Assembly (NCBI RefSeq): GCF_002902845.1
Contig: NZ_PPTF01000065.1
Span: 1 to 26,394, forward strand
DNA from: Chromobacterium sinusclupearum
GTDB lineage: Bacteria; Pseudomonadota; Gammaproteobacteria; Burkholderiales; Chromobacteriaceae
Direction: 5' to 3'
DNA length: 26,394 nt
In this document: piece after piece, positions 24,790 to 26,394 of the stretch
How positions within the stretch are numbered: position 1 is the first letter of the stretch
How the letters are laid out: every line of letters begins with the position of its first letter
Program-made: the position numbers and the translations under genes
Notes under the pieces: generated by a model
Databases searched by the model: none
The model's input: only the letters and a program-made list of their open reading frames with translations
Told to the model about the DNA's origin: nothing

Positions 24790-25356
24790 ATGCATACTCC
24801 AGCCTCCAGCCTCATCGCCGAATTGCCGCCGCGCGAGCGCATTCTTGCCACCGCCCACCGCCTGTTTTACCTGGAAGGCATCCGCGCAAGCGGCATAGAC
24901 CGCATCATCGCGGAGTCCGGCGTCAGCAAAGTCACCTTCTACCGCCACTTTCCCAGCAAGAACGAGTTGATCCTGGCTTATCTGCAGCAGCGTCACCAGC
25001 TATGGATGCAGTGGTTTCAGGATGCCCTGCATCGCCATGCCGAAGCCGGCCCGGCGGCGCTGGCGGAGGCCTTGGCCGAATGGTTCGCCAGCGCGGATTT
25101 CCGTGGCTGCGCCTTCATCAACGGATTGGGCGAAATCCCCGCCGATCCTGCCGTGGCCGATGCGGTCCGGCGCCATAAAACGGAGATGCGCCAGGCGATA
25201 GCCTCGCTGCTGCCGGAGGACGCCCAGCAGGCGCGGCAAGCCGGCATGCTGGCGCTTGCGGCAGATGGCGCGATTGTCCGCGCGCAGATCGAGGGCTCGC
25301 CAGACGCGGCGATAGCGGCGCTCCGCCAGATGATCCCATTGCTGACGGCAAGATGA
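24790..25356 (+). CDS. TetR/AcrR family transcriptional regulator
   Basis: N-terminal HTH is RILATAHRLFYLEGIRASGIDRIIAESGVSKVTFYRHFPSKNEL. Confidence 0.9.
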   Translation: MHTPASSLIAELPPRERILATAHRLFYLEGIRASGIDRIIAESGVSKVTFYRHFPSKNELILAYLQQRHQLWMQWFQDALHRHAEAGPAALAEALAEWFASADFRGCAFINGLGEIPADPAVADAVRRHKTEMRQAIASLLPEDAQQARQAGMLALAADGAIVRAQIEGSPDAAIAALRQMIPLLTAR

Positions 25357-25410
25357 CGGCAGCCGGGCAGACATGCTAGCTTCGAGCGACACAGAATCAG
25401 GAGGGTCATC

Positions 25411-25905
25411 ATGGAACATGCCCTGTATCGCCTGCTGGATGAGCAGCGAATCCGCTACCAGCGTTTCGAGCATCCGCCGGTCTATACCTGCGAAGAAGCG
25501 GCGCGGCTGATCCCTGAACTGCCCGGCGCGGAATGCAAGAATCTTTTCCTTTGCGACGCCAAGGGGCGCAGTCACTTTCTGGTGGCCGTGCCCGCCGAAG
25601 CCGGCGTCGACATCAAGACGCTGGGCGATATGCTGGGCGTCAAAGGCCTGCGTTTTGCCTCGCCGGAGCGGCTGAAGAAATACCTGGGCTTGGAGCCGGG
25701 ATCGGTCACTTTGCTGGCCGCCGTCAACGACGGCAATCAACACGTCACTATCGTGGTGGACGAGGCTCTGTGGGCGGCGGACGCCATCCTGTGCCACCCG
25801 CTGGTCAATACCGCCACCTTGAGCGTGCCGGTGGCCGATCTGGCGCGCCTCTTGGCTCACTGCGGCCACGCGCCGCGCATCCTGGCCGTGCCGCGCAGAA
25901 GCTAG
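25411..25905 (+). CDS. YbaK/ProX-type aminoacyl-tRNA deacylase domain protein
   Basis: CKNLFLCDAKG...LGLEPGSVTLLA...HPLVNTATL is the pattern of prolyl-tRNA-synthetase-associated editing domains. SD is AGGAGG. Confidence 0.8.
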   Translation: MEHALYRLLDEQRIRYQRFEHPPVYTCEEAARLIPELPGAECKNLFLCDAKGRSHFLVAVPAEAGVDIKTLGDMLGVKGLRFASPERLKKYLGLEPGSVTLLAAVNDGNQHVTIVVDEALWAADAILCHPLVNTATLSVPVADLARLLAHCGHAPRILAVPRRS

Positions 25906-26102
25906 CGCGCGGCATCTGACGCCACCGGCGCGCTCTTACTTTCGCCTTGACGCCTCCCTCCCCTGATCCATTGGGGGAGCCATCCTTTGCCATCCCCGTT
26001 TCAAGCCGCTTGCCTTCCACGCTCACCCCGCCATCGCCGATATCGCGACGAGGGGCGGCCTGGCCATGCGCAAGAGTTCCTTGACAAGCACTCTTACGAT
26101 AT

Positions 26103-26130
26103 ATATCTTAAGACTCATATCTTAAGATAT
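26103..26130. promoter_or_regulatory. Repeated ATATCTTAAGA motif including a perfect 14-bp palindrome, candidate PadR operator
   Basis: ATATCTTAAGATAT at 26117-26130 is self-complementary. ATATCTTAAGA is also present at 26103-26113. Both are just upstream of the PadR SD and ATG. Confidence 0.5.
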
Positions 26131-26143
26131 AAAAGAGGATGCC

Positions 26144-26394
26144 ATGAGAGCAAAACACCTTTTCCATCTGTGCGCGCATGCCTTTGGCCGTGGCCATGGC
26201 GGACGCGGCCACCGCGGCGGCGACGGCGAAATGACGCGCGGCCGCAAGTTCGGCGCGGACGATCTGCAGCTCTTGCTGCTGGCGCTGATCAATGAGCAAC
26301 CGGCTCACGGTTATGAGTTGATCAAAGAGCTGGCCAGCCGCTCCAACGGCTATTACAGCCCCAGCCCGGGCATGGTTTACCCGGCGCTGACCTA
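26144..26394 (+). CDS. PadR family transcriptional regulator (3' end outside the window)
   Basis: Not in the ORF track because there is no stop in the window. AGAGGA SD. LLLLALINEQPAHGYELIKELASRSNGYYSPSPGMVYPALT is the PadR winged-helix signature. Confidence 0.8.
   Translation, partial: MRAKHLFHLCAHAFGRGHGGRGHRGGDGEMTRGRKFGADDLQLLLLALINEQPAHGYELIKELASRSNGYYSPSPGMVYPALT

Noticed and set aside
1-26394. CRISPR arrays, tRNA/rRNA genes, IS elements and integrase genes.
   Set aside because: Reading both strands showed no regularly spaced repeats, tRNA-like cloverleaf candidates, transposase-like ORFs or tyrosine/serine recombinase motifs.

Overview
The window has two parts. Positions 1 to about 9860 are visibly lower-GC DNA carrying a filamentous (inovirus-like) prophage whose left end runs off the window. 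On the minus strand it has a tightly coupled module: rolling-circle Rep, putative ssDNA-binding protein, small proteins, major coat, pIII-like adsorption protein, pVI-like protein and Zot/pI assembly ATPase. A divergent HTH repressor sits upstream of Rep. Cargo genes are an orphan C5-cytosine methyltransferase, a membrane-anchored DUF2726 nuclease-fold protein, a secreted Cys-containing protein, and two diverged paralogues of a small phage regulator-like gene. No integrase or secretin is visible. Positions from about 9865 to 26394 are GC-rich proteobacterial core chromosome: CHAD protein, cysDN, a solitary fliD with a sigma-28 promoter, an SDR, xseB-ispA-dxs followed by a minimal K+ channel, pepD, a DUF1348 / TldD-like / PmbA-like operon divergent from a TetR gene with twin palindromic operators, a YbaK-like deacylase, and a partial PadR gene. 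The most interesting candidates are all in the prophage. (a) The DUF2726 nuclease-fold gene and the orphan methyltransferase are convergent and separated by a hairpin-rich region that holds 10 GTSAC motifs in 141 bp. (b) Nested direct repeats bracket the methyltransferase. (c) Two hydrophobic micro-ORFs are missing from the ORF track. (d) A dif-like half-site lies in the 3' end of the repressor gene. (e) One regulator paralogue has a stop codon followed by a conserved in-frame tail. All family assignments come from motif recognition by eye; no searches were run.
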